Below, one piece after another: positions 50,763 through 64,000 of a stretch of 64,000 nt of DNA. How positions within the stretch are numbered: the stretch's first letter is position 1; each line of letters opens with the position of its first letter. Both the position numbers and the translations under genes were made by a program. Below the pieces are notes generated by a model. That model was not told where the DNA came from, made no database searches, and was given only the letters and a program-made list of their open reading frames with translations. The stretch is from Octopus vulgaris (lineage: Eukaryota): the NCBI GenBank assembly GCA_951406725.2, contig OX597822.1, forward strand, positions 33,480,001 to 33,544,000. The letters run 5' to 3'.

Positions 50763-52839
50763 TTTCCACTACTCACCACCCTGTGCCAAATGAAACCGAT
50801 GCTAAAACATCACAGAATGTCATACATGAATGCAAGACAGTATTTGAGGAAGTTTAAATTACATCATCATTAATGTAACACCTTGTCTATAGCAAGTTAT
50901 TATTAGAAGTATTAATATTTATATAAATCATTGAAGTCATAGAAAATCAATAATTATATACTCTGTACCCCACACAAAATGAAACCGATGCCACAACTTC
51001 AAAGAAACTTCCACATAAATAGAAGGTATGATATGTCGAGAAGTTTAAGATATGACATCAGTAATATGACACTTAGACTATTATAATTTACGATGATGAT
51101 GATGATGATTATTATTGTTGTTGTTGTTGTTAATATTATTATTATTATTATCATTATTATTATTATTATTATTAAGGTGGTGAGCTGGCAGAATCATTGC
51201 CACGCCAGACAAACTGCTTAGTGGCATTTTATTTATTTTGAGTTCAAATTCTGCCGAGGTCAACTTTGCCTTTAATTATTTAGGGGTCAAAAAAATAAGT
51301 ACCAGTTGATGTAAGTGACTAGCCCCCAACCCCAAAATTGCTGATCTTGTGCTAAAATTTGAAACCAGTATTGTTAGTGTTGAAAGAGAGAGTGTGACAC
51401 ACACACCATCTCAGTGGCACTGGGACATAAATATACAAAGCCCAATATAGCCATCATGACTACGTGTCTGATAGGGTACATGTGTATGTGTTGTGTGTGT
51501 GTGTACACAAGCACACAGACTGGAGGAAAAATAGACCATTCTGAAGACAATAAGGTACCAGTCTAGAGCAGTGGAGTGGTAATATCATTACAGCATCAAA
51601 TAACACACCAGGCCATATTGGTTTGGGCTCTTTATATTGTGAGTTCAAATCTGGCCATGGCTTATTTGGGTGTTAGACTTATTCTGCTGCCCAGTTTTAG
51701 AGCATCATCTGACCCTTGGGTGCCTTAATAAAGGAGACCACTGTGTTGCAAGCATTCAAGCCAGGTTTCTGGTTTGAGAATAACTTTCTCCTTCATCTCC
51801 TTTCCTTCCTTCCCATCATAGGCACAACCTTTCTTCCTGATTAAGCAATGAAAAATAATATTTTTTTTATTTATATTAGAATGCCAAATCTTAACATAGA
51901 AAAATTGGTTTTATATCAGTATTTTACATCCACTTTCTCTGTTGGCATGGGTGGGTTGGATCATCATCATCATCATCATCATCATCGTTTAACGTCCGCT
52001 TTCCATGCTAGCATGGGTTGGACGGTTCAACTGGGGTCTGGGAAGCCCGAAGGCTGCACCAGGCCAGTCAGATCTGGCAGTGTTTCTACAGCTGGATGCC
52101 CTTCCTAACGCCAACCACTCCGTGAGTGTAGTGGGTGCTTTTTATGTGCCCCCGACACAGGTGCCAGACGAGGCTGGCGAATGGCCACGCACGGGTGGTG
52201 TTTTTTATGTGCCACCGACACAGGATGGATCAGGTAAAATCCTCTTTGGTCAGGTGTTGCACCTAGAAAGTTCTTCTCTCAGGCACAAGTGTGGGCAAGA
52301 TTGTTTATGGAAGACCAGCAGTCACTCGTGCATACCAGTCTCCTCTCTCCATGCAACAAATGTTATCCAAGGGAAAAGCAAACGCCAATATAACTTGGCA
52401 CCAGTAACGTCACAACTCATTTCTACAACTAAGCGAACTGGAGCAACATGAAATAAAGTGTCTTGCTCAAGAGCACAACACACAGCCCAGTCCAGGAATT
52501 GAACTCACTACCTTATGATTGTTAGCCCAATGCTCTAACCACTAGGCCACATGCCTTCACATAGGTTGGATGGATCATCATGACTCAATCCAGTTCCATT
52601 CATAGATGGTTCAGAGTGGATCATGTGGTTAATTTCTTGCCTAATTTCCTACAGTTTGATGCCCTACCTGTAAGCAACCCTTTTACAGTGTATGACTCAG
52701 GTTTAATAAGAAATATATATAAGAAGAAAAAAAAACTCTAACAGGTGCAAAGAATAAGAAAAAATTTGTGCATTTAAATAGTATCTGCGGTAGAAACTTA
52801 AAGCTATTACACAGTACCACAGGTGGGGTTGATGGTGCT

Positions 52840-53430
52840 GGCGATGGTATTGGTGGTGGTGGTGGTGGTGGCAGTGGTAAAGGTGGTGGTGGTGGTGGTG
52901 GTGGTGGTAGAAGAGGTGGTAGCGGTAGGTGGTGGTGACAGTGGTATATGTGGTTGTGATAGTAGTAGAGGTGGTGGTGATAGTAATAGAGATGGTAGTG
53001 GCAGCAGTAGAGGTGGTGGTGGTAGCAGCAGAGGTGGTGGTGGTAGGGGTAGAGGTGGTGGTGGCAGCGGTAGAAGTAGTGGTGGTGATGGTAGAGGTGG
53101 TGGTGGCCATGGTAGAGGTGGCGGTGGTGGTAGCTGAGGTGGGGGTGGCAGTGGTAGAGGTGGTGATGGTAGTGGTAGCAGATGTGACAGTGGTAGAAGT
53201 GGCAATGGTAGAAGTGGCAGTGGTATAAGTGGCAGTGGTGGCAGTGGTAGAGGTGACAGTGGCAGAGGTGGCAGTGGCAATGGTAGATGTGGTGGTGGCA
53301 GCAGTAGAAGTAGTAGTGACGTTTTTGATAGTAGGGGTTTTAGTGTTAGTGGTATTGGTGGAGTGGGCAGATAGTGGGATGAAGTGCTGGTTTTAGTAGT
53401 GGTGGTTTTGGTGGTAGTGATTTTGATAGT
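52840..53430. repeat. Cryptic (GGT/GTA/GCA)n low-complexity tract
   Basis: Directly visible; source of the poly-T/P/V/G ORFs. Confidence 0.9.
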
Positions 53431-55019
53431 GATGGGTATGTCTTGTTTTTTGTTTTCTTTTTTTTTTAATAGAAAGGTGTGTTCATAGTAGCAATTTTGG
53501 AAGAGGTGGTTTTGGCATTTGGTAGTTCGGTAGTGGTAATTTTGATGCTTTGGTGGTGCTGGTAGTGGTGATTGCGGAGGTGATTTTCCTGGCTATCATA
53601 AACACACAGTAAAAGGAAGCAAATACAACAGCAGTTACAATGATATTTAGCCAAAAAATACGACTAACTTGTAAATGCAAATATCACAAATATAAAATAT
53701 TGATGAAATGAAAACACTTAGTTTATTATACATACAAACGCTACAACTAATAAATCTCATATAAAATTAGCTTTGACACAATATGTTTGAATGGCAAATA
53801 AATAAATAACGAAAGGTTTGTTGTTAATAGTAACAATATTTTGTCAGTTTATTTCTTCTGTAGTCATATATTCATTTTTTGAGGGGGGAAAAAAAGCAAG
53901 ATTGAATTCCAGAAACAAATATGTATAGGGATACAAAACCTATTTTGCCAATGGAACTATGGGTAGGATAGTTGTGTTGTTGTTGTTGCTGAGAAAGGAA
54001 GAAAAGGGGAAGGAAATGGGGGAAGAAAAAAAGCAAAGAGGAAAATAAGGGAAAAAAGAAAAGAGGAAGGAAGGAAGAAAGAAATGAGGAAGGAAATAAA
54101 GGAAGAAAGAAAAAAGGAAAAGGCAAGAAGGAAAAGTAAAGAAGGAAGATGGAAGGAATAGAAGGAAAAAAAAGAAAAAAATCAATCAACCTAGCCACTC
54201 TCATGTTTATGAACTAGATTGTGTGAGTGCACATACATGCTCATGTGTGTGCATGTGTGTATGCATGTGCAGGACAGTTAAACATTATTCTATTATTATT
54301 TGTCCATGCAAAGGCGGCGAGCTGGCAGAAACATTAGCATGCTGGGCGAAATGCTTAGCAGTATTTCGTCTGCCGCTATGTTCTGAGTTCAAATTCCGCC
54401 GAGGTCGACTCTGCCTTTCTTCTTTTCAGGGTCGATTAAATAAGTACCAGTTACGCACTGGAGCCGATATAATCGACTTATTCCATTTGCCTGTCCTTGT
54501 TTGTCCCCTCTGTGTGTAGCCCCTTGTGGGCAGTAAAGAAATAAGAAACGTTAGCATGCCAGACAAAATGCTGAGTGGGTGTTTCGCCTGTCTTTACGTT
54601 CTGAGTTCAAATTCCACCAAGATCGACTTTGCCTTTCATCCTTTCAGGGTTGATAAATTAAGTACCAGTTGCGTACTGAGGTTGATCGAATTGACTGGCC
54701 TCGCCTCCCCCAAAATTTCGGGCCTTGTGCCTAGAGTAGAAAAGAATATTTTACATGTTTCAAGGCAGCGAGCTGGCAGAACCGTTAGCACGCTGGGCAA
54801 AATGCTTAGCAGTATTTTGTCTGCCCTTACGTTCTGAGTTCAAATTCCACCAAGGTCGACTTTGCCTTTCATCCTTTCGGCATTGATTAAATAAGTACCA
54901 GTTACACACTGGGGTCGATATAATCGACTTAATCCGTTTGTCTGTCCTTGTTTGTCCTCTCTGTGTTTAGCCCCTTGTGGGTAGTAAAGAAATAAGTATT
55001 TTGTCTGTCTTTACGTTCT

Positions 55020-56160
55020 TCACATTCTTGACTGTAAAGTCAATTATCTGGCACTTTCTATTCTCTTTATCTACTACTACTAAATCAGGCCTTCTAGCTT
55101 CTATTACACTGTCAGCCTGAATGCTAAACTCCCACATCTTGTATTTCTTACTTTCTAGTACTTTACTAGGGTCACGTTCATTCCTTTTATCAGTATGTTC
55201 AAATTCTAGCTTTTTACATAACTCTCATGGATTACTCTCCTTAGCTTGACACGTCTTTTCTAGCATTCTTTCTGTGCCAGCATGCTACATTCACTTACTA
55301 TATGACTAACATATTGGGAATCTACTTAGTTTTTGTCTATCTTGGATTTTATCCAATTAGTCCTTAATGCTTGATCCCGTGCAGCTACTAACAAATTTTC
55401 TGTCTACTTTTCAGCTTTCATTTCTGAAACTATAGTCATGTCTTACTATTGCAATTATCTTTAGGAATCTACCATGCAATGCTTTCTGCCAGTCAGATAA
55501 TTTCTGTTCTTTCTACTGGTTTTTAACTTCGTTTGGATTTTTGGTTTCCCTATGTCTTGCTGTGACTCTCACGCTTTCAATAAGCTTTCTTCACTATTAC
55601 CCACATAGGAGTCTATATCTGCTCTAGCTACCTCCACACAGTCTTCCATTAATATTAACTCACTTCTGCCTTCCTTTCTAGGTAAGTATAATCTTGCTAC
55701 ACCTCACCCTGGGTGGAGTCCTCCATTGATATTGAATATCTTCCTAGTTCTTCTGTCTAACTTTGCTAATTCAGTTTTTGTCCAATCTACAAAAGCTGTT
55801 GGGTATCTAAGTAATGATACCGACCAAATATTTACAGCCTTCACTAGATTTGAACCACTTAGCTTTGACTTCATTAGCTTCCTCACCCTTTGGATGTACT
55901 TCTTCTCAATTTTCGTTTTCATTTCAATAGTTAGTACTCTGTCAGATTCTAATACTCCTAGATACTTATAACTCTCTCCTTCTTTTAATGATTTTAATGT
56001 CTGACCAGCTGGTAATTGGATGCCTTTGCTGTTGACTACATGTCCCCTTCTCATAACTAATAATTCACACTTACCTATGCCAAATTCTATGTTTATATCT
56101 TTGCTGAAGAGTCTTATAGTCTATATTAAAGAATCTATCTCTTTTTCATTCTTACTAAAA
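55020..56160 (-). mobile_element. Degenerate non-LTR retrotransposon fragment (RT C-terminal/thumb region, R4/Dong-like)
   Basis: FSKDINIEFGIGKC..SYKYLGVLE..YIQRVRKLMKSKLSGSNLVKAVNIW..LRY..VDWTKTELAKLDRRTRK..LHP/VARLYLPRKEG..WQKALHGRF/AAR..ALRTNWIKSKID. Multiple stops and frameshifts. Confidence 0.85.
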
Positions 56161-56169
56161 AAAAGCTTC

Positions 56170-56178
56170 AATCATCAC

Positions 56179-56212
<34 letters not shown>

Positions 56213-56255
56213 GTCGTCGTCGTCGTCGTCGTCGTCATCATCGTCGTCGTCGTCG

Positions 56256-56298
<43 letters not shown>

Positions 56299-56304
56299 TA
56301 TTAA

Positions 56305-56377
<73 letters not shown>

Positions 56378-56378
56378 T
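56170..56378. repeat. Compound (CAT)n(CGT)n(CAT)n(TAT)n microsatellite
   Basis: Directly visible. Confidence 0.97.
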
Positions 56379-56982
56379 TGCATCGTTCAGTACAGTTCTG
56401 TATTATTAATGTCAAAGATCAGGTAAGAAAAAGTATGTCAGCTTAAAAAAGATTTATGCAGAATTTTCCGGAACTATTCCCTTAATAAAAGACATAAAAC
56501 ATTTTATATAGCATAGAATGTTGTGCTCAAGACAAGATAAAGTAGAAAGTGAAGTAACTTCTTCTATGATGCCATCACCGTGAAGAGAATGGACTTTATG
56601 CATGTCACCTGGGAACCATAAACAACAACTATGAGCATGTATAACATCATCCACATTTACATGCAAACACACAAAGGTACACAGGTGTGTATATGAGTAT
56701 GTACCTGTATATGTGAATGCACATGTATGTATACATGTATAAATTTGGAAATGTGCATGAGTGTATATTTGTGCTTGTACTGTATTATGACTCTCTCTTT
56801 CTTTCAATAGACAGAGAAATACATAGATACTTACATACATACAATGTACAGACACATATAGACACATATATATATACAAATGTTTGCATGGATATGTGTG
56901 TGATAGCATGATTGTGTGTATATTGTTGTTGCCGTTGTGTATGTGTATGTGTGTGGCAAGCCAACAGCAAGGCAAACAGACA

Positions 56983-57038
<56 letters not shown>

Positions 57039-57590
57039 AGATAAGAAAATGGAGAAATACATCCAAATCAAATATCAATTACCAGATAATACTCAATCAC
57101 ATACTTTATTAAACCACCACATAAGAGACTGTAGGGTTAAATATAAAAAGCAGAACAAATCAGTGTATTAACTTTGTTGGGTACTTCACTAGCAGTATAT
57201 TGGATATATGTTATCCCATGGAGGGTTGCATTTACAACCCCTATCTCAATTTGTATATATATATATATATATATAAGTTCAGTAAATTAAACTTTCAGAT
57301 TTTAATATGCTAGAGCAATGGTGTTAAATTGATGTTAATTAAATTAATATCCAATTTCTAACCCTTATTTCAAATATATATATATATTGTCTGAGTCAGA
57401 CGCCATGATAGATCATTCGCCACTACACACATTCTTTTTCTCTCCTTATTTTTTTTCTTTGTACCTTTCTCTAGAAGAGCGTAGGCTCGAAACATAAAAG
57501 ACTTTTTCTATTCCTGAGCGCTATACTAATACATCTGTTTGTTTTGTACATCACATGTCTTCATCTTTTGTTTATTTTCAAAAGCTTTCC

Positions 57591-57629
<39 letters not shown>

Positions 57630-57734
57630 CAGGTGTTAAAACCATAATGATATCCATGGGGCAGCTGATGATGGAGGTATGTTGGATTGTTGGTATGGTT
57701 GTTTTTTTATATGTGGAATAGTGTTATAACACAT

Positions 57735-57794
<60 letters not shown>

Positions 57795-58329
57795 GGAGAG
57801 AGAGGGGGAGAGTGAGAGACAAAGCGTGAGAGATGGACAAACAAAGAAATAGAAAGATAATAAAAAGTTGCCTTTGGTAGTATTTGAACTCAGAACCTAA
57901 AGCATTGAAGCAAACACTTCAAAGCATTCTATTCAATGTTCTAAAAGATTTACCAATTAACATACCTTAACTTTCTGATATATGAGGTCAATAACTTACT
58001 TGTTTCTATTACAGATATTATCAATATATGTCTTCGTCAAAGATATATATCATAACCTTGCTTTCTCCACAAACAACCAACAGATTCTGCTATCACTGTG
58101 ATATGAAAGTTTCTAGCTCTCAGATGAATTTATCCAACAAACATGCTAATATCCAGATTTGCAAAACAAACCCATTTCACGATAACTGTGAAGGCCAAAT
58201 CAATATATTAATATTTATTCATGTGGAAAAATTTTGTCTTTTCGTTCAGTTTTTTTTTCACAATGAGATAGTCATGCTTAGTGCTGTAGTTCAATGAATG
58301 TGAAATAACATTAACAACAGCAATAACAA

Positions 58330-58562
58330 GTCTTTCTACTATAGGCACAAGGCCTGAGATTTTGAGGGTAGAGGATAGCTCATTACATCGACTCAAGTAT
58401 TCACCTGGTACTTATTTTTTCAACCCTGAAAGGATGAAAAGCAAAGTCGACCTCGTAGGAATTTGAACTCAGTATGTACAGGTTGATGAAATGTCGCTGA
58501 GTATTATGTCCAGCTTGCTAACAATTCTGCCAGCTCACCACCACCACCATAATAATAATAAT

Positions 58563-58633
<71 letters not shown>

Positions 58634-59403
58634 TGATGATAATAATAATAATTCTTTCTGCTGGAGGCACAAGGTCTTAAATTTGCAGGGAGAGGACTAG
58701 TCGATTATATCAACCCCAGTGTTTCACTGGTACTAAATTCATTGACCCCTAAAGGATGAAAAGCAAAGTTGATCTCAGCAGAACTTGAACCCAGAACATA
58801 GTGACAAGCGAAATGCTGCTTAGTATTTTATCCAGTGTGCTAACAATTCTGCCAGCACACCTTCTTAATAATAATAATTATTATTATTTATATTTCTTCT
58901 CTAGACACAAGGCCTTGAAAATGTTTTAGGGAAGGGGGCTAGTTAATTATATTGATTCCAGTGCGTAACTGGTACTTATTTCATCAACTCCGAAAGGATG
59001 AAAGAAGGCAATGTCAACCTCAGCAGAATTTAAACTCAGAAAGTAGCGACAAGTAAAATACTGCTAAGTATTTCATCCAGCATGCTAATAATTCTGCCAG
59101 CTCACCACCTTAATAATAATAATAATAATAATAATAATGGTAATAATAATAATAATCCTTTCTGCAAGCCTTTCTACAAGGCCTGAATTTTTTTACTATC
59201 CTTTCTACAAGTACTGAAATTTTGGGAGAAGGGACTAGTCAATTATCTCAACCCCAGTGCTCAACTGGTACTTAATTTATCAACCCCAAATGGAAGAAAG
59301 GCGAAGTCAACCTCAGTGGAATTTGAACTCAGAAGGTAAGGACAGAGGAAATACCACTAACCATTTTGCCTGGCATGCTAACGACTCTGGCAACTCACCA
59401 CCT

Positions 59404-59442
<39 letters not shown>

Positions 59443-59670
59443 TATTGGGCTTCGTATATTTTACCCCAGTGTCACTTTGATGGCATGAACTGCTCTCTCA
59501 CTCAATAATAATGATAATAATGATAATAATAATAATAACAATGATAATAATAATGATAATAGTAATAACCATTTCTACTATAGGCACAATGCCTGAAATT
59601 TAGGGGGAGGGGGGCTAGATGATTAGGTTGACCCCAGTATGCAACAGGTACTTAATTTATCGACCCAATG
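58330..59670 (-). mobile_element. Head-to-tail array of about 5 diverged SINE copies separated by (AAT)n
   Basis: The unit ctttctactataggcacaaggcctgaaatt...ctggtacttatt...aaggatgaaaagcaaagtcgacctc...ctgccagctcacc repeats at about 58330, 58650, 58895, 59155 and 59570 (last copy truncated). Confidence 0.85.
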
Positions 59671-61160
59671 ATAATATAGTAATAATCATGATAATAAATA
59701 ACTGTTTCCTGTCATTTGTTCATATTTTTAATGCCATTAGCTTTCAGATGAATTTAGTTTAGGAAAAAAATCAAAAACCAAAAAAAAAAATATTTTACTT
59801 CATTTGTTTGGTTTCCAACACACAACATGTAAGCCTAAATAAATTATATTTCCAAGCCTTGCAGAAATTGCCGTGAAGAGAATACAGACATTATTCTGCT
59901 AGATCATAACATAATCAAATAAAATTTATTATTACATTACTACAACACCTATCTCACTGTATCCTCCTGTCATCATATCGATTCTCTCTGTCTCTCTCTC
60001 TCACACACAGACACACACACTAGGCCACAAAGTAAGGAAGAAGAATGGTTCACTGAGAGCTTTCTTCTTGCTCTGCATCACAAACCAAAGCTATTATCGA
60101 AATATTCTGCACAACATCATCATCATCATTGTTTAACATCCATTTTCCATGCTAGCATGGGTTGGACGGTTCGACTGGGGTCTGGGAAGCCAGGAGGCTG
60201 CGCCAGGTTCCAGTCTGATCTGGCAAGGTTTCTACAGCTGGATGCCCTTCTTAACACCAACCACTCCGTGAGTGTAGTGGCTGCTTTTTACGTGCCACCG
60301 GCACAGGAGCCAGAGGAGGCTGGCAAACGGCCCAATATTCTTGGAGTTATTACAAAAGTCCTTCCAGCTTTGTAGTCCTTTGTTCTCACAACCAGTCATC
60401 TTCTTCATGTCACTTGATACCCTCAAATCACATAAATAGCTTTTAAAGATAAATCTCCTTTTCTGTCTTGTTTAAAATAATATAATAATGAAATTATTGT
60501 ATACAGTGCTCAGGTGCACCACAACTTGTCAAAAGTGCATATAAAGTACATGCAGTAATGTACAAATGTCTGAGTCAGATACATGCTTGTGTGTGTATGG
60601 AGGAGAAGAAATCAGGTGTAGTGTTGGCAAATCTCAGAAAGCATGGAAGTTTTGAAGGATACAGTGCTCCGAAAATTAACAACTGATGCCGGCAGTTTGT
60701 TCCATGCTTTGGATGGCACCATGTGTTGGGCATCTCGTTCAAGGGTTTTAATCAAGATCAACTGCAGTATGTATTTTAAACCTGGTTTTTATTCCCTGAG
60801 TATCAGGTCCTTATTCCATCAGTCACAGGTCTTTATTCCATCAGTCACTTTTAGCTGAAGAGATCTAAGTTACAAAACTATATTTGTGTGCATGTATGTG
60901 TGTGTGTGTATGTGTGTGTGTGTGTGTGTGTATGTGTGTGCATGCATGTGCATATGTGTGCGTGAGCTGATAGACATGCCTTGTCTTGACATCAGTTGAT
61001 GGCTGTAAAAGCAAGCATCACTGTCATACTGATAAGACCTTCCTTGGAAACAAATGAAAGTTGGCTTTGGATTATATAATAACTGTCTCAACAGAATTGT
61101 CTATAATCCCACACAAACATGGAAAAGTGGGCGTCAAACAATGAGGATGCTGTGTGTTAA

Positions 61161-61380
61161 CCCTTTCATTACCAGCCCGGCTGAAACCGGCTCTGGCTCT
61201 GAGTACAAATGTCTTGTTTTCATAAGTTTTGAATTAAAATCTTCCACCAAACCTTAGTCATAATTTATGTTCCTAACATTAGCTTAATTATAACTAAGTT
61301 ATTTTACTAACTTCTTTATTACATTTAAAGTAATTGAAAGAAACACAGAGCATCTCAACAGAAATATGGTAACAAAAGGG
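61161..61380. mobile_element. piggyBac-type MITE with TTAA TSD, inserted in a SINE head
   Basis: TTAA-CCCTTTcattacca...tggtaacaAAAGGG-TTAA. Removing it restores gctgtgtgttaagaagcttgattcccaac (SINE start). Confidence 0.88.
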
Positions 61381-61845
61381 TTAAGAAGCTTGATTCCCAA
61401 CTACATGGTTATGGGTTCAGTTCCAGTGCGTAGCACCTTGGGTAAGTGTCTTCTACTATAGTGTCAGGATGCCCAAAGCCTTGTGAGTGGATTTGGTAAA
61501 TAAAAACTGAAAGAAGCCCAACATCATCATCCTCATCATCGTTTAGCATCCGTTTTCCATGCTAGCATGGGTTGGACGGTTCAACTGGGGTCTGTGAAGC
61601 CGGAAGGCTTCATCAGGCCTAGTCAGATCTGGCAGTGTTTCTACGGCTGGATGCCCTTCCTAACGCCAACCACTCTGTGAGTGTAGTGGGTGCTTTTTAC
61701 GTGCCACCCGCACAGGTGCCAGACAGAGCTGGCAAACGGCCACGAACTGATGGTGCTTTTTATGTGCCACCTGCACGGGGGCCAGGCGAGGCTGGCAACG
61801 GACACGAACGGATGGTGCTTTTTACGTGCCACCGGCACGAGGCCA

Positions 61846-61876
<31 letters not shown>

Positions 61877-62686
61877 TTTATTTATTCTTTTACTTGTTTC
61901 AGTCATTTGACTATGGCCATGCTGGAGTACTGCCATTTAGTCGAAAAAATCGACCCCAGGACTTATTCTTTGTAAGCCTAATACTTATTGCTTCAATCTC
62001 TTGAGCCAAATCACTAAGCTACGGGAATGTAAACGTACCAACATCAGTTGTCAAGTGATGGTAGGGGCATTGGTCAGCCCATGACTATAATAGAAGACAC
62101 TACCATGCAACGGAACTGAAACCAGAACCATGTAGTTGCTAGGTAAACTTCTTAACCACTCAGCCATATATCAAATGAAGAAAAAAGAGTAGAGGCTTTA
62201 GATTGATTTTTCAGCTTTCCAGAAACGAGACCAAACGACATCTGTGCAAGGTCAACGTGATCAGCATTTGTTCTAGATTGTAACCAAGCTGGTTTTGACA
62301 GAGTGGAAAATAGTATTCTAGATGGCTGGAGGTTCTGTAGACCGTCTATAATAGTTTGTTCAATAGAGACACTACAAATATGTTGACAAAATACGATTTT
62401 ATAACCACGTAGGTTTTAAAACCAGGATGGTGGTCGTGGTCGTGATAGCGGCAGCAGCAGTGGGCATGGCAGCAGCAATAGTGGTGGCAGAAATAGCTGC
62501 AGCAAAGGTACTGGTTGTTGTGGTGGTAGTGGTGCTTGTGGTATTGGTGGTGGTGGTGGTGGTGGTGAACGGTATTATTATTATTATGTAAGTACAGCAG
62601 AAAATCTAAATATAGTAGTAATCTTAGTATATGTGTGTACGTGTGTCTGTGTGTGCATGTATATACACTCACACAACATACATTAC

Positions 62687-62729
<43 letters not shown>

Positions 62730-64000
62730 TGTGTATGCATGTATATATGTACACACACACATATATCTATATATATCTATATCTATATTTATGTGTGAGT
62801 GTGTATATATATATATATATATATAATGGTATTTATTTCAAGATGCTTGTACTCAGAATGCCTTTGATCATAGATCTGTCTGATCAGAGCTGCTGCTGAC
62901 TGAAAGCTAAATGACAACAACAACAACTTCAGCAACAACATCAACAACGTGACAAACAACAAGGTGTGATTATGGAAGAAAATGTCTAGTTGAATCAGTT
63001 TGATAGCATTTTTTAAAAAATTTTATTATTTTTTTTAGGTTTTGTTTATTCCAGTGTTGTTTTACAATTTCCATTAAAGTCACCACCTCAGTAAATATTT
63101 ATTTATTCCTCCAGATATTCAAAGCAAAGGATGGTTTTTAACACAACAAAAAAAAAAAAAAGAAAATGGAAAAATCTAACAACAACAACAACAAAAAATA
63201 CACCCAGCTAAAATTCTAAAATCTATTGCAATATTCTTTATCGGAAATTTGCAATAGGAAAACACAAAAATAAAACATACTATAAAAACATGAAAAATAA
63301 AATAAAATTGCCACAACAACAACAACGACAACAGTTTTGGAAGCTCTTGACTAATGTGTAAATAATGTGTTTGAAATGGTTTAATGTAGAGAATGACGTA
63401 AACGATAAAAATTGTCAACCCAAAAGGGCCTTTAACTCTATTTTGAGCTCAAGGGCTACGGGATAAATTTTTTATGAATTTACAAAATTCCTACTGATGG
63501 AGTTGAAACGGCAATTATGCCCATTCATTTTATTCACCTTGTTGCAAATACATTTTATAGGTGTGCGCATGGTTGTGTGGGTAAGAAGTTTGCTTGGCAA
63601 CCATATGGGTTGAGGTTTAGGATTCAGTCCCAATGCATGGCACATTGGGCAATTAGGGCAAAGCCCCAGGCCAACCAATGCCTTGTGAGTGAATTTAGTG
63701 AATGGAAACTGCACAGAAACCTATCAGATGTTTGTGTGTGCATGCATGTATGTGTGTGTGTGTGTGTGTGCATGCACAGCTGCCTTTGTGTGCATGCATG
63801 CATGCCTTTGTGTGTTCAAATGAGACAAGAGTGAGAGGAACAAGAGAGTGTTTGTCTGCTCACAATGTTGACAACAACAATATATTCTTTCCTACTCAAG
63901 GCCAGCTTGCTGCCTTGAAACATGTAAAATATTATTTTCTACTCTAGGCACAATGCATAAAATTTTGGGGGAGGGGGCCAGTCAATTAGATCATCCCTAG

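Overview
This is eukaryotic, AT-rich, microsatellite- and transposon-dense genomic DNA, most likely from an octopus (coleoid cephalopod). That assignment is inferred from the SINE families and repeat style and was not confirmed by a search. Only one host coding exon is convincing: the first coding exon (minus strand, 23255-22377, 293 codons) of an NKCC1-like Na-K-Cl cotransporter (SLC12A1/2/3 group). It carries an RFxI SPAK/OSR1 docking motif, the TFGxNT phospho-regulatory motif and a canonical donor site. Positions 1-22376 appear to be its intron; no further exon was recognised. The rest is tRNA-derived SINEs, LINE fragments (RTE, Tx1/L1-like, R4/Dong-like, CR1-like), DNA-transposon relics (mariner, piggyBac, hAT, Tigger, Helitron/Helentron), long foldback palindromes and simple repeats. 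The most notable observations are: (i) a 21-copy 52-bp minisatellite with a 6-unit higher-order repeat that arose inside a LINE ORF2 fragment; (ii) several Penelope-type minimal hammerhead-ribozyme motifs, one family joined to a tRNA-like Pol III head; (iii) a cluster of long hairpins; (iv) an apparent CpG-retention domain. Nearly all ORFs in the supplied track are translations of repeats. Repeat boundaries were read by eye and are approximate unless TSDs or termini are quoted.
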